64,000 bases of DNA from Candidatus Latescibacterota bacterium (GCA_965208125.1 OZ242320.1:1824001-1888000); one strand, 5' to 3'; shown: positions 40,755 to 50,455, counted from the first letter of the stretch. The notes: a model not told the origin generated them from the letters alone. A program made the numbers and translations.

Positions 40755-41720
40755 ATGCCAAAATTTGTATTCATGCCGCCGCAGGACGACCTCAAGCGCG
40801 CATTCGCCGTCCGCCTGTCGGACGAACTCCCCGAATACGACGTCCTATCGCCCGAAACCGACGAAGACGCCATAGAGGCAATACGCGATGCCGACGCCGC
40901 ATTCGGCTGGATACCGCCCGATGCACTCGCCGTCGCCAAAAAACTCGCCTGGCTGCACAATCCAGACGCCGGTCCCTTCTTCGGCTACTACTACAAAGAA
41001 CTGACCAAACACCCGCTAACCATCACAAATCCCCGCGGCATATACTTCGACCACATATCCCACCACATCCTCATGTTCCTGCTCGCACTGGCGCGCGGGC
41101 TACCGTGGTACATAGACGCACAGCGGCGCAGAATATGGGACAAAAACGCGCGCAAATCCCCGTACATAGACCTCGCTGGCGCAACAGCCCTCATCAACGG
41201 CGTGGGCGGCATCGGACACGAGACAGCCCGCCTGTGCAATGAACTGGGAATGACCGTCATCGGCATCGAACCCCGGCCCGAGTACGAACTGCCCTACGTC
41301 GAATTCCACACCCCGGACGAAATTGACACAGTTCTGCCACTCGCGGACTTTGTGATCACAACCGTCCCACACACACCTGAAACCGAAGGCATGTTCGACG
41401 CACGGCGCTTCACCCTGATGAAACCCTCGGCGTACTTCATCAACATCGGACGCGGCAAAGTATGCAAAATAGACGACCTCGCCAACGCCATCGAATCCGG
41501 CACAATAGCGGGCGCCGGTCTCGACGTATTCGAACAAGAACCCCTGCCCTCCGACCACAAGCTATGGGGCTTGCCCAACGTACTGATAACCCCCCACATT
41601 GCCGTCAGAGACGCCGGCAACATAAACGAGCGACGCTACGAAATACTCATCGACAACGCCCGTCGCTTTCTCGAGGGTGAAGAACTGACCAATGTCGTGG
41701 ATAAATCAAAATGGTACTAG
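40755..41720 (+). CDS. D-2-hydroxyacid dehydrogenase
   Basis: GVGGIG, INIGRG, LDVFEQEPLP, TPHIA. Confidence 0.93.
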   Translation: MPKFVFMPPQDDLKRAFAVRLSDELPEYDVLSPETDEDAIEAIRDADAAFGWIPPDALAVAKKLAWLHNPDAGPFFGYYYKELTKHPLTITNPRGIYFDHISHHILMFLLALARGLPWYIDAQRRRIWDKNARKSPYIDLAGATALINGVGGIGHETARLCNELGMTVIGIEPRPEYELPYVEFHTPDEIDTVLPLADFVITTVPHTPETEGMFDARRFTLMKPSAYFINIGRGKVCKIDDLANAIESGTIAGAGLDVFEQEPLPSDHKLWGLPNVLITPHIAVRDAGNINERRYEILIDNARRFLEGEELTNVVDKSKWY

Positions 41721-41721
41721 T

Positions 41722-42618
41722 CTATCCCAACCCCTTTAGATGTGTGCGCGCGCGGTACAAATACCCATCTATAGCCGTGACATAGAGCGACTGCAAATCT
41801 TCATCGCCAAAGGCGCAATTGGTCGGATTAATGGGAAAAGGATGTGCTCCGAGTATCTCTCCATCGGGCGCAAAAACGTAAATCATCGGACCGGGACCGC
41901 TATCCGGCCAACCCGCACTCGCGACAATATTGAGATCCGCATCCAGCCTCATACCATCTATACCCCGATGGGCACCAAAATCGTGCAGCACCTCACAAGC
42001 ACCCAGCGACCCATCTTCCGCAATCGGATACGCGCGCAATTCCCGAGGCGTCTCGGGGAGATAATCGCTCTGCGCCACATACAGGGTCTTCATATCCGGC
42101 GTAACAATCAGACCATTGGGCTTTGTCGTATCAAAAGTCACCCGCACAGTCGCGTACGTCCCATCGTCCTGGGGATCAGCCCGATACACCGACTCGTGAC
42201 CGATATCCATACATGACTTATCATCGCCATATCTCGGATCCGTGAACCAGACCCGGCCCTTTGCATCCACCACGAGATCATTGGGACTGTTGAAACGGTT
42301 CCCTTCAAAATTGTCGGAAATCACAGTCGTTGAGCCATCTCTTTCATACCGTGCAATGCGACGCCCAGGACCATCCACGAATCTGTCACCACTCGGATCA
42401 AAAGTCCCCTCTGCGCCATAGACCCGACCCTCAGCATCAGTAGTCAGCCCATTTGCCCGATTCGTACCCGTGCGCCACTCGTCGCAAACACCCGTCCTGT
42501 GATCGTAGCGCATCGCGCGATCCCCCGGCATATCTGTAAACAACAGCACATCACCCACCCACACCGGACCCTCGGTAAAACCAAACGGACCCGCCACCTG
42601 TTCAAAATTCCATTCCAT
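41722..42618 (-). CDS. SMP-30/gluconolactonase family protein
   Basis: FTEGPVW, NSPND, PNG, DGM, TNCAFG. Confidence 0.93.
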   Translation of the reverse strand: MEWNFEQVAGPFGFTEGPVWVGDVLLFTDMPGDRAMRYDHRTGVCDEWRTGTNRANGLTTDAEGRVYGAEGTFDPSGDRFVDGPGRRIARYERDGSTTVISDNFEGNRFNSPNDLVVDAKGRVWFTDPRYGDDKSCMDIGHESVYRADPQDDGTYATVRVTFDTTKPNGLIVTPDMKTLYVAQSDYLPETPRELRAYPIAEDGSLGACEVLHDFGAHRGIDGMRLDADLNIVASAGWPDSGPGPMIYVFAPDGEILGAHPFPINPTNCAFGDEDLQSLYVTAIDGYLYRARTHLKGLG

Positions 42619-42689
42619 AAAACGCTCCTTTGCTTCTCAATAAAATTACTCAATTTCGCCCCCAACATACGCCATTGCTCGCGTGAAGG

Positions 42690-42762
42690 GAAGTGAGAAG
42701 TGTGAGGTGAGAAGTGTGAAGGGAAAAGCAACCACAGATTAACACAGATAAACACAGATAAA
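42690..42762. repeat. Short intergenic tandem repeats (7-mer gaagtga-like, 9-mer acacagata-like)
   Basis: Related tracts at ~49051-49070, ~54378-54404 and 59208-59310. Confidence 0.6.
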
Positions 42763-42800
42763 AGGCAAAAACAACCGCAAGATCAAACTTTCAAACGACG

Positions 42801-42861
42801 TGGTGTTAAGCTGCGATCCAGTGTTTGCAAATGTAGGGGCGGTGCCCCTGTGTCCACCCGT
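42801..42861 (+). repeat. Left ~60-bp inverted repeat with GTAG REP
   Basis: Reverse complement of 48971-49030 with 5 substitutions and 1 indel. Confidence 0.9.
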
Positions 42862-42953
42862 ATCTATTGGCAAAGTGAGGGGTGGCGCGATTTCGCATGA
42901 TTCCGTACATTGATGCATGCATGCTTTGCAATATCGACCACCCTATATAAACA

Positions 42954-43937
42954 ATGAAAATCGAAAAACCACCATACACAATCACGCCGGACATTCTCTT
43001 TCGCATTGAAGAAATCGGTGAAGCGATTGGTCGCGCAACGGGCATCTCGCAGGACTTGCGCCTGCGACGAATCAACCGCATCCTCACGATTCGTGGATCC
43101 CTCGCCATTGAAGGCAATATCCTCAGCGAAGAACAGGTCTCCACAATACTCGACGGCAAGCCTGTCATAGCACCACTCAGAGACATACAGGAAGCCCGTA
43201 ACGCCATCAAAGCCTACGATCAATACCAGCAGTGGAATCCCGCCAGCGAAGCCGACCTATTGCGCGCTCACGAAATTCTGATGATCGGTCTATTAGATGC
43301 GCCCGGACAATATCGCCGCAGAGACATTGGCGTGATGGGCGGAGGCGAAGTCCATCACATCGGCCCGCCCCCCAGTCGCGTACCGCAACTCATGGCAAAC
43401 TTGCTGGCCTGGCTGGGCAGCACCGATGAACACCCGCTAATTGCCAGTTCGGTTTTTCACTACGAATTTGAGTTCATTCACCCCTTTGAGGATGGCAACG
43501 GACGAATGGGAAGGCTCTGGCAAACCCTGATACTGACCCGCTGGAAACCCCTGTTCGCCCACATCCCCGTAGAAAGTCTGGTCCATGCCAGACAAAGCGA
43601 CTACTACAAAGCCATCAGACAGAGTTCGTCAGAGGGCGAAAGCACGCCATTCATTGCATTCATGCTGGAAATTATTCTGGATGCTCTCCAGGTAACCGAT
43701 CAAGTAACCGATCAAGTAACCGACCAGGTAGCGCGGCTACTCACCGCCTTGCGAACAGGACCAAAAACCACCGCCGAACTCATGACGGAACTGGGCCTAT
43801 CGCACCGTCCCACATTCCGCAACAACTACATTCGCCCGGCAATCTCCGCAGGACTCGTGGAAATGACACGCCCCGAAGCACCCACCGCGAGAAACCAAAA
43901 ATATCGTCTCACCGCACGCGGAAGGGAGATGCAATAA
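42954..43937 (+). CDS. Fic family protein with C-terminal HTH
   Basis: SLAIEGN inhibitory motif, HPFEDGNGRMGR, (QVTD)3 linker, P.A.NQKYRLT tail. Confidence 0.95.
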   Translation: MKIEKPPYTITPDILFRIEEIGEAIGRATGISQDLRLRRINRILTIRGSLAIEGNILSEEQVSTILDGKPVIAPLRDIQEARNAIKAYDQYQQWNPASEADLLRAHEILMIGLLDAPGQYRRRDIGVMGGGEVHHIGPPPSRVPQLMANLLAWLGSTDEHPLIASSVFHYEFEFIHPFEDGNGRMGRLWQTLILTRWKPLFAHIPVESLVHARQSDYYKAIRQSSSEGESTPFIAFMLEIILDALQVTDQVTDQVTDQVARLLTALRTGPKTTAELMTELGLSHRPTFRNNYIRPAISAGLVEMTRPEAPTARNQKYRLTARGREMQ

Positions 43938-44021
43938 GCGTCAAAGTTTAAGTAGATTTGTGTTGCTTGTCGAAAGTGCTGAATAATTCCACCTTTTTTA
44001 TCTTTGTTCTGCCTTCGGCGA

Positions 44022-44053
44022 CCGACTTTTTGTCAGCAGCCACAAAAAGTCGG
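44022..44053. other. Perfect 12-bp hairpin within a structured intergenic element
   Basis: CCGACTTTTTGT/ACAAAAAGTCGG. Confidence 0.7.
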
Positions 44054-44251
44054 CAAAAAAGGCCGCTCTCAAACGCCGAGAGGCTGGCACAGCGCAAATC
44101 GCTTCTATGGTAATACACCATCCAGTGGCCTTCACAGTCGGGCTGCCATAAGGATGTTCTCTGCGAGACGGTCTCACGCGCTGTGTGTAATGACTTTGTC
44201 TAATCGCGTTTTGTAATGGATCATTTTGTAAGTAAGTGGAGAATTTTTAGT

Positions 44252-44911
44252 ATGAAACAGAACCAGCAAAATGATAAACAAAAACCAAAAACAATTACAT
44301 TAAGACAATTTCTTCGCTATTTCGAAGAACAACGAAATCGAAAGTTTTGTTTTATTTTAGGGGCCGGCGCATCCAAAAGCTCCGGCATTCCCACCGGCGC
44401 AGAATTAGCATTTCAATGGCTCAATGAGATTGAAGAAGACCTGGACAAAGATCAGTTTGAAGCATGGCTCGAAGAGGAGCGCATTGATAAAAATGATCCC
44501 GCCAGTTTTTATCCCCAAATTTTTGCCAAGCGCTTTGAGGTCGATCATCAGGGAGGCTATGATTTTTTTGAGAAGATTATGGATAAAGCAGAACCAAGCT
44601 GTGGTTATTCATTCCTGGCAGAGATCCTGGCACAAGGAACGCACGATATTGTTATCACAACCAATTTTGACAGCTTGACCGAAGATGCGCTTTTCATTTA
44701 CACAGCAAAAAAGCCGTTAGTAATCGGACATGCGGATTTGGCAGGTTTTATCAATATCCAGCTACAACGACCACAGGTTATCAAGGTTCACCACGACCTC
44801 TTTTTTTCACCGCAAAACACAGAGGATGAAACAGGGCATATTGATGAAAAACTGGAACGGGGTTTACAGGATATTTTTAAATCTTATATCTCGATTGTAA
44901 TTGGCTTATGA
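44252..44911 (+). pseudogene. SIR2-like (SIR2_2) NADase domain, C-terminally truncated
   Basis: FILGAGASKSSGIP, ITTNFD, IKVH; stops at IVIG-L where G-Y-G would be expected. Confidence 0.8.
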
Positions 44912-46371
44912 ACAAAAAAACACTCTCCAACATAACCGCCCTTGGCGAAGGTTTTACCACAGAGTTCAAACGCTCCATGTCCTCTAACCTGGGCCGTGAA
45001 ATCTGTGCCTTTGCGAACGCCACCGGCGGCGTCATACTTATCGGCGTAACAGACGGTGGCGAAGTTGTTGGTGTAGCGAACCACAACAAGCTGAAGTCGC
45101 AAGTCCAGTCCATCGCACGATCAGCGGATCCGCCGATAGCAGTGGAAACGGAATCTGTCAATGGCGTACTCTGCATCACAATACCAGAGCAACATGGCAA
45201 GCCCTACGCCTTTGGCGGCAAGTATTACATCCGCGAAGGCGCGAGTTCGCAACAAATGTCACGCGATGAAATCCGCGAATTCTTTTTTAAGGAAGGACTC
45301 ATTCGATTCGACAAAACACCATGCCATAACTTCAAAATAGATAAAGACCTGACGCCAGAAGCCTGGGCGCGGTTCGCCAAGCGGGCGCATATTCCCGATG
45401 GAATGGACCCAATCGTGGCATTGGAAAACCTGCACCTGCTCGAAGGTGGGATCATGACCCATGCTGGCGCGTGGCTATTAGCGGAAGACATCACACGTTA
45501 CACATTGACAGCGGGTGTGACCTGCGCGGTTCTTCGCGGCATAAACAATACACATATCATCGATCTCAAGAACTTCACGGGCGATATATGTTCCATCTAC
45601 GATGACTGTATAGCCTACATGCAGGCGAAATTGAACACAGCCCTGATTCCCCATGCTCGCGGACGGGATGAACGGCTCGAACTGCCTGAAGACGCACTCC
45701 GCGAGGCAATGGTCAACGCCATCGCACATCGAGACTACCGATCCAACGCTAACGTGCAGGTACACATATTCCATGATCGACTGGAAATCGTCACACCGGG
45801 TGGGTTGCCAGCGGGAATGCGGGAAGAAGATTTGGGAATCAGAAGCGTGCCGCGGAATCCACTTCTATTCGGAATGTTCCATCGCATGGGAATGGTAGAA
45901 CAGATCGGCAGCGGCATCCGGCGCATTCGACAGGAGTGCCGTGACTACGGGGTAGAGGAACCCGTGATTGAGGTCTCGGATAACTGGGTAGTCACGACAT
46001 TCAAACGGCAGGTTGAACATGGTGGGCAGATAACCCCGCATGTCACCGAACAAGTGCCCTACAGATACCCGACAATTCCAGAGCAAGTCAAGACTAAGCC
46101 AGAGTCACAGCCAGAGTCACAGCCAGAGTCACGCCGAGCAAGCCTTGAACAGAGAGTTTTATCACTTGTTATCCAAGCTCCCCTGTCGAAATCGTCCATC
46201 TCAACTGGTCTGGGTCAAAAAACCGTGTCAGGACAGCTCAACAAGGTGATTCGCGCATTGAGAAAAGACGGATTGATCAAATATACGATTCCAGAAAAAC
46301 CTGGAAGCCGATTGCAGAAATACCAAATTACGGAAAACGGCAGAAACAGATTGACAGAGTTGGTAAATTGA
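44908..46371 (+). CDS. AlbA_2/Schlafen-like + RecG C-terminal-like (HATPase_c_4) + HTH protein
   Basis: GEGFTTEFK, ICAFANATGG, REAMVNAIAHRDY, PRNPLL, EQIGSGI, P.S..QKY.IT tail. Confidence 0.92.
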   Translation: MNKKTLSNITALGEGFTTEFKRSMSSNLGREICAFANATGGVILIGVTDGGEVVGVANHNKLKSQVQSIARSADPPIAVETESVNGVLCITIPEQHGKPYAFGGKYYIREGASSQQMSRDEIREFFFKEGLIRFDKTPCHNFKIDKDLTPEAWARFAKRAHIPDGMDPIVALENLHLLEGGIMTHAGAWLLAEDITRYTLTAGVTCAVLRGINNTHIIDLKNFTGDICSIYDDCIAYMQAKLNTALIPHARGRDERLELPEDALREAMVNAIAHRDYRSNANVQVHIFHDRLEIVTPGGLPAGMREEDLGIRSVPRNPLLFGMFHRMGMVEQIGSGIRRIRQECRDYGVEEPVIEVSDNWVVTTFKRQVEHGGQITPHVTEQVPYRYPTIPEQVKTKPESQPESQPESRRASLEQRVLSLVIQAPLSKSSISTGLGQKTVSGQLNKVIRALRKDGLIKYTIPEKPGSRLQKYQITENGRNRLTELVN

Positions 46372-46384
46372 TGTGGAAAAATGC

Positions 46385-46918
46385 ATGAAGGATAAGAAAA
46401 TCATTATCATCGCGGGACCAAACGGAGCGGGCAAAACAACCTTTGGGCAGGAGTATTTGCCCAACGAAGCGGATTGCCCTATTTTCGTCAATGCCGACCT
46501 GATAGCAGCGGGGCTATCTCCCTTTCGTCCTGCTGACGCGGCCATCCGCGCCGGGCGGCTGATGATGGAAGAAATTGACAACCACGCCCGTGCAGGCAGA
46601 AATTTCGCTATTGAAACGACGCTATCCGGCCGGGGTTATGTGAGAAGGATCCGTCAATGGCGCGCTGATGGTTACACAGTAAAGCTCATATTTCTGTCTC
46701 TTGCAACGCCCGAAGAAGCGCTCACGCGCGTAAAATCGCGCGTAAGTCAGGGCGGACATGATGTTCCAGAAGCCGTTATACGTCGTCGTTTTCACGCGGG
46801 CTTGCGGAACTTTCAGGACATTTATCGACATTGCGTTGACGATTGGTTTTTGTATAATAACAGCGGCACAATACCCATCCTTCTGGAGAAGAAAAACGAT
46901 GATGAAACAACCGTCTGA
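46385..46918 (+). CDS. Zeta-toxin-like P-loop ATPase/kinase
   Basis: IIAGPNGAGKTT, FVNADLIA, ETTLSG, RV..GGH.VP. Confidence 0.9.
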   Translation: MKDKKIIIIAGPNGAGKTTFGQEYLPNEADCPIFVNADLIAAGLSPFRPADAAIRAGRLMMEEIDNHARAGRNFAIETTLSGRGYVRRIRQWRADGYTVKLIFLSLATPEEALTRVKSRVSQGGHDVPEAVIRRRFHAGLRNFQDIYRHCVDDWFLYNNSGTIPILLEKKNDDETTV

Positions 46919-47090
46919 AAAAGAGCTAACAAAGCCCCACAGCGATGAAGAAGGCGTGACAGCCGCGCTCATACGCGCCGCCAAACGCGCACACCTGATC
47001 GCGCATCAAACCGGCACTAAAGTTGTGGTCATGCGCGATGGCAAAGTCGTAGAAATTGAACCAGACCCGGAGATGTACAACGACATTTGA
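46899..47090 (+). CDS. Small partner (putative antitoxin) of the zeta-like ATPase
   Basis: ALIRAAKRA...GTKVVVMRDGKVVEIEP, overlapping the ATPase stop. Confidence 0.75.
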   Translation: MMKQPSEKELTKPHSDEEGVTAALIRAAKRAHLIAHQTGTKVVVMRDGKVVEIEPDPEMYNDI

Positions 47091-47219
47091 GATAGAGCAT
47101 TTCTGCCCATATAGATGTGCAGGGGTGGCATAACTTCGCCTGATTCGCTACATTTATTGCGTAGTAGCATTTTAAATACGCCATCTATTACTGGAGGGGA
47201 GGGATGGAGGAGAGGGATA

Positions 47220-47903
47220 ATGTTAACGACGAAGAGGATTGTGTGTCTGGCAAACTCGCGAAAACTATCTGGCCGGTGCATCGCCGGACGGGAGCTTGTT
47301 GCTGGTTTACCGGGGCGCTGGATTCGCCCTGTGAGTGCCCGCGAACATCAAGAGGTATCGGAGTATGAACGTCAATACAAAGACGGAAGCGACCCCAAGC
47401 CACTGGATATCCTGGACATTCCATTGGAAAAACATCAACCCAGGGATTACCAGCAAGAGAACTGGCTACTTGATCCGGAGTATTATTGGAGAAAAGTTGC
47501 AAAATACTCGTGGAATAACCTGCAAAAATTATCCGAAACAGGGGGGACCTTGTGGCGAAATGAAGATAGCTCCTACAGTGGGAAAAACGATCGAATCTCG
47601 CTACAACAAGCAAAGGACGAAACAAGCTCCCTGAAATTGATCCACATCGATAAACTGAGCCTGCGCGTATTTGCGCCGGGCGAGGCTTTCGGAAATTCGA
47701 AGCGCCGCGTACAGGGACAGTTCCGTTTTGGCTATCACTCCTACGCTCTATGGATCACTGATCCTGACATTGAAAGAGCTTATCTCAAACGTGAAGATGG
47801 CAATTATAACCTGGGTGACTGTTATTTGACAATCAGTTTGGGTGAACCACATGACTCGTATTGCTACAAGCTGATTGCCGCCGTAATGGAGAAACCGCGA
47901 TGA
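47220..47903 (+). CDS. Dual OB-fold domain protein
   Basis: IVCLANSRK..GRCIAG...WIRPVS...QQENW...ITDP...LTISLG...YKLIAAV, recognised from memory as the dual-OB family. Confidence 0.75.
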   Translation: MLTTKRIVCLANSRKLSGRCIAGRELVAGLPGRWIRPVSAREHQEVSEYERQYKDGSDPKPLDILDIPLEKHQPRDYQQENWLLDPEYYWRKVAKYSWNNLQKLSETGGTLWRNEDSSYSGKNDRISLQQAKDETSSLKLIHIDKLSLRVFAPGEAFGNSKRRVQGQFRFGYHSYALWITDPDIERAYLKREDGNYNLGDCYLTISLGEPHDSYCYKLIAAVMEKPR

Positions 47904-48496
47904 CAGAAACGAGAATATTCACCGTGGGACACTCGACGCACGCGCTTGAGGATTTCGTCTCCCTCCTGAAACAACATGGCGTGGATGCCATTGCAGACGT
48001 AAGGTCAGTTCCATACAGCCGCTGGCAACCACAATTCAATCGCGAAGATCTGGCGGAGACCCTGAAAGCCCGGGGTATTGCCTATGTATTCCTCGGCGAG
48101 GAACTCGGCGCACGCAGTGACGACCCACAATGCTACGAGAACGGCCGGGTGCAGTATCGCGCGCTCGCCGAAACTCCTCTTTTTCAATCCGGAATAAAGC
48201 GTGTCTGGGACGGAAGCAGGCACAGGCGCATTGCCTTAATGTGTGCGGAAAAGGATCCCCTGGACTGCCATCGGACAATTCTAGTCGCTCGCGAATTGGT
48301 GGCAAGTGGAGTAGATGTCACACACATTCTTGAGGATGGATCACTGGAACCACACGACGAGACCCTGAAACGCCTCTCTGAGCAGTTGCGACTGCCAGCA
48401 CAGGATCTGTTTCTCACCGCTGATGAATTGGAGGACCGGGCATACGCGGCACAGGAACAGCGTATTGCGTATGTTGAGAAGGAGACTGCACAATGA
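47900..48496 (+). CDS. DUF488 family protein
   Basis: IFTVGHS, DVRSVPYS, LMCAEKDPLDCHR; ATGA overlap. Confidence 0.92.
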   Translation: MTETRIFTVGHSTHALEDFVSLLKQHGVDAIADVRSVPYSRWQPQFNREDLAETLKARGIAYVFLGEELGARSDDPQCYENGRVQYRALAETPLFQSGIKRVWDGSRHRRIALMCAEKDPLDCHRTILVARELVASGVDVTHILEDGSLEPHDETLKRLSEQLRLPAQDLFLTADELEDRAYAAQEQRIAYVEKETAQ

Positions 48497-48930
48497 AAAT
48501 TTTCACCATTGGCTTCACCAAAAAGAGCGCGGAACAGTTCTTCGACAACTTGCAAACAGCAGGCGTCAAGCGGGTCGTTGATGTGCGACTCAATAACGTA
48601 TCCCAGTTGTCTGGATTCGCAAAAAAAAATGATCTTGCCTACTTTCTAAAACAGATTTGCGGCATGGAGTACACGCATCTGCCGAGCTTGGCACCGACAA
48701 AGGACATACTGGACGCCTATAAGAAAAAGCGCGGCAGTTGGGAGACTTATGAACGCGACTTTATCGATCTCATGGCCGCCCGGAAAATAGAAAACGAGAT
48801 TGAGCAGGAAACCCTTGAAGATGCATGCCTGCTGTGCAGCGAGGACAAACCCCATTACTGCCACAGACGTCTGGTAGCCGAGTATCTACGAGAATACTGG
48901 GGGAATATTGAAATCAAGCACCTGGGATAG
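48493..48930 (+). CDS. DUF488 family protein (second subtype)
   Basis: IFTIGFTKK, DVRLNN.SQLSGFAK, LLCSEDKPHYCHR; ATGA overlap. Confidence 0.92.
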   Translation: MKIFTIGFTKKSAEQFFDNLQTAGVKRVVDVRLNNVSQLSGFAKKNDLAYFLKQICGMEYTHLPSLAPTKDILDAYKKKRGSWETYERDFIDLMAARKIENEIEQETLEDACLLCSEDKPHYCHRRLVAEYLREYWGNIEIKHLG

Positions 48931-48970
48931 AAGTAGCCGACCAAGTAGCGCAGTTACTCACTGACAATAC

Positions 48971-49030
48971 ACGGGCGGGCACGGGGGCCCGCCCCTACAT
49001 TTGCAAACACTGGATCGCGGCTCAACACCA
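48971..49030 (-). repeat. Right ~60-bp inverted repeat with GTAG REP
   Basis: Inverted partner of 42801-42861. Confidence 0.9.
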
Positions 49031-49070
49031 TGCCGCGATGACAGCCTTTCTTTACACTTCACACTTCACC

Positions 49071-50369
49071 ATGCCCAAAACCACCAACCGAAAAACCATC
49101 ATCTCGTGGATGATGTATGACTTTGCAAACTCGTCTTTTGCCAACAACGTCACCACATTTATCTACGCGGCGTTCTTTACCAAAGTCATCGCTGAAAATG
49201 AAATCATAGGCACCGCCTTATGGTCTCGCGGCGTCGGCATTATCATGCTCGTCGTCGCACTGCTATCGCCACCCCTCGGCGCGCTATCTGACCAGGGCGG
49301 GTATCGCAAACGCTTTTTAATATTCTTCACATTCCTCGCCGTCATCTTCACCGCACTGCTCTATTTCCCACAACAAGGACAAGCAATCTATGCATTGACC
49401 CTCTACATCATCGCCTGTATCTGCTTTGAAATGGGCATCGTATTTTACAACGCCTTCTTGCCCGACATTGCCCCGCCCGAACGCATCGGTCGCATATCGG
49501 GACAGGCCTGGGGCGTGGGATATTTCGGAGGCCTGCTCTCAATGGCCGTCCTCATGATCGGTTTCGTATCCGCAGAAACCCCGTGGTTTGGCCTCACCAA
49601 AGAAACCCATGCACACATCCGGGCGACAAACATCGGCGTGGCAATCTGGTTTGCCATCTTCAGCCTCCCAGCCCTCTTCTATTTACCCCAAACACCTGCG
49701 CGACAAACCGACGGCAAACTAAGTCTGGCTGCATCCTACCGGCGCATCCTGCAAACCTTCCGCGAACTCCAGCGCTACCGGGAAATCTTCAAACTACTGC
49801 TCGCGCGCCTCGTCTATAACGACGGCCTCATCACCGTCTTTGCGTTTGGCGGCATTTATGCGGTAGGCACTTATGGATTCACATTTGAAGAAGTCCTCTT
49901 CTTCGGCATCATCGTCAACATCGCAGCCGGCATCGGTGCCTGGTGTTTTGGATACCTGGACGACCGCCTGGGCGGCAAACTCACCATCCAGATCACCCTC
50001 GTCGGATTCGTCATCGCAACGATCATTGCCGTCGTACCCCAGGAAAAAATCTGGTTCTGGGTCGCGGGCATTCTCGTCGGCCTATTTGCCGGTCCCAACC
50101 AATCGGCCAGCCGGTCGCTCATGGGGCGTTTCGTCCCCGAAAACAAAGAAACCGAATTCTACGGCTTCTACGCCTTCTCGGGAAAAGCCACCGCATTTCT
50201 CGGCCCCCTCCTCATGGGCGTCATCACACAAGCCTCTGGATCCCAGCGTTACGGCATGGCAACCGTGGGCCTGTTCTTCATCATAGGCGGCCTCCTCTTG
50301 CGCACCATTGACGAACAAAAAGGCATCCGCATGGCGCGTGAAAAAACGCCATCGGAAACAGACGCCTGA
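49071..50369 (+). CDS. MFS transporter (UMF1/ATG22-like)
   Basis: WMMYDFANS, YNAFLP, QSASRS, many TM helices. Confidence 0.92.
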   Translation: MPKTTNRKTIISWMMYDFANSSFANNVTTFIYAAFFTKVIAENEIIGTALWSRGVGIIMLVVALLSPPLGALSDQGGYRKRFLIFFTFLAVIFTALLYFPQQGQAIYALTLYIIACICFEMGIVFYNAFLPDIAPPERIGRISGQAWGVGYFGGLLSMAVLMIGFVSAETPWFGLTKETHAHIRATNIGVAIWFAIFSLPALFYLPQTPARQTDGKLSLAASYRRILQTFRELQRYREIFKLLLARLVYNDGLITVFAFGGIYAVGTYGFTFEEVLFFGIIVNIAAGIGAWCFGYLDDRLGGKLTIQITLVGFVIATIIAVVPQEKIWFWVAGILVGLFAGPNQSASRSLMGRFVPENKETEFYGFYAFSGKATAFLGPLLMGVITQASGSQRYGMATVGLFFIIGGLLLRTIDEQKGIRMAREKTPSETDA

Positions 50370-50412
50370 CGCTGGATCACCCACCCGAAATCCTTCAAAA
50401 TAGAAATTTCCC

Positions 50413-50455
50413 TTGACAACTTCTTGTCATATTGTCATATTTTACTATGACAATA
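50413..50455 (+). promoter_or_regulatory. Promoter with overlapping palindromic operator (GntR/YtrA candidate)
   Basis: TTGACA 50413-50418; perfect TATTGTCATA-N6-TATGACAATA at 50430-50455. Confidence 0.7.

Noticed and set aside
44252-46371. SIR2-AlbA_2 programmed frameshift fusion, or Thoeris (SIR2 plus the SLOG gene)
   Set aside because: The SIR2 fold is incomplete and no clear slippery site precedes its stop. The SLOG gene is 43 kb away, DprA-like, and no TIR gene is present.
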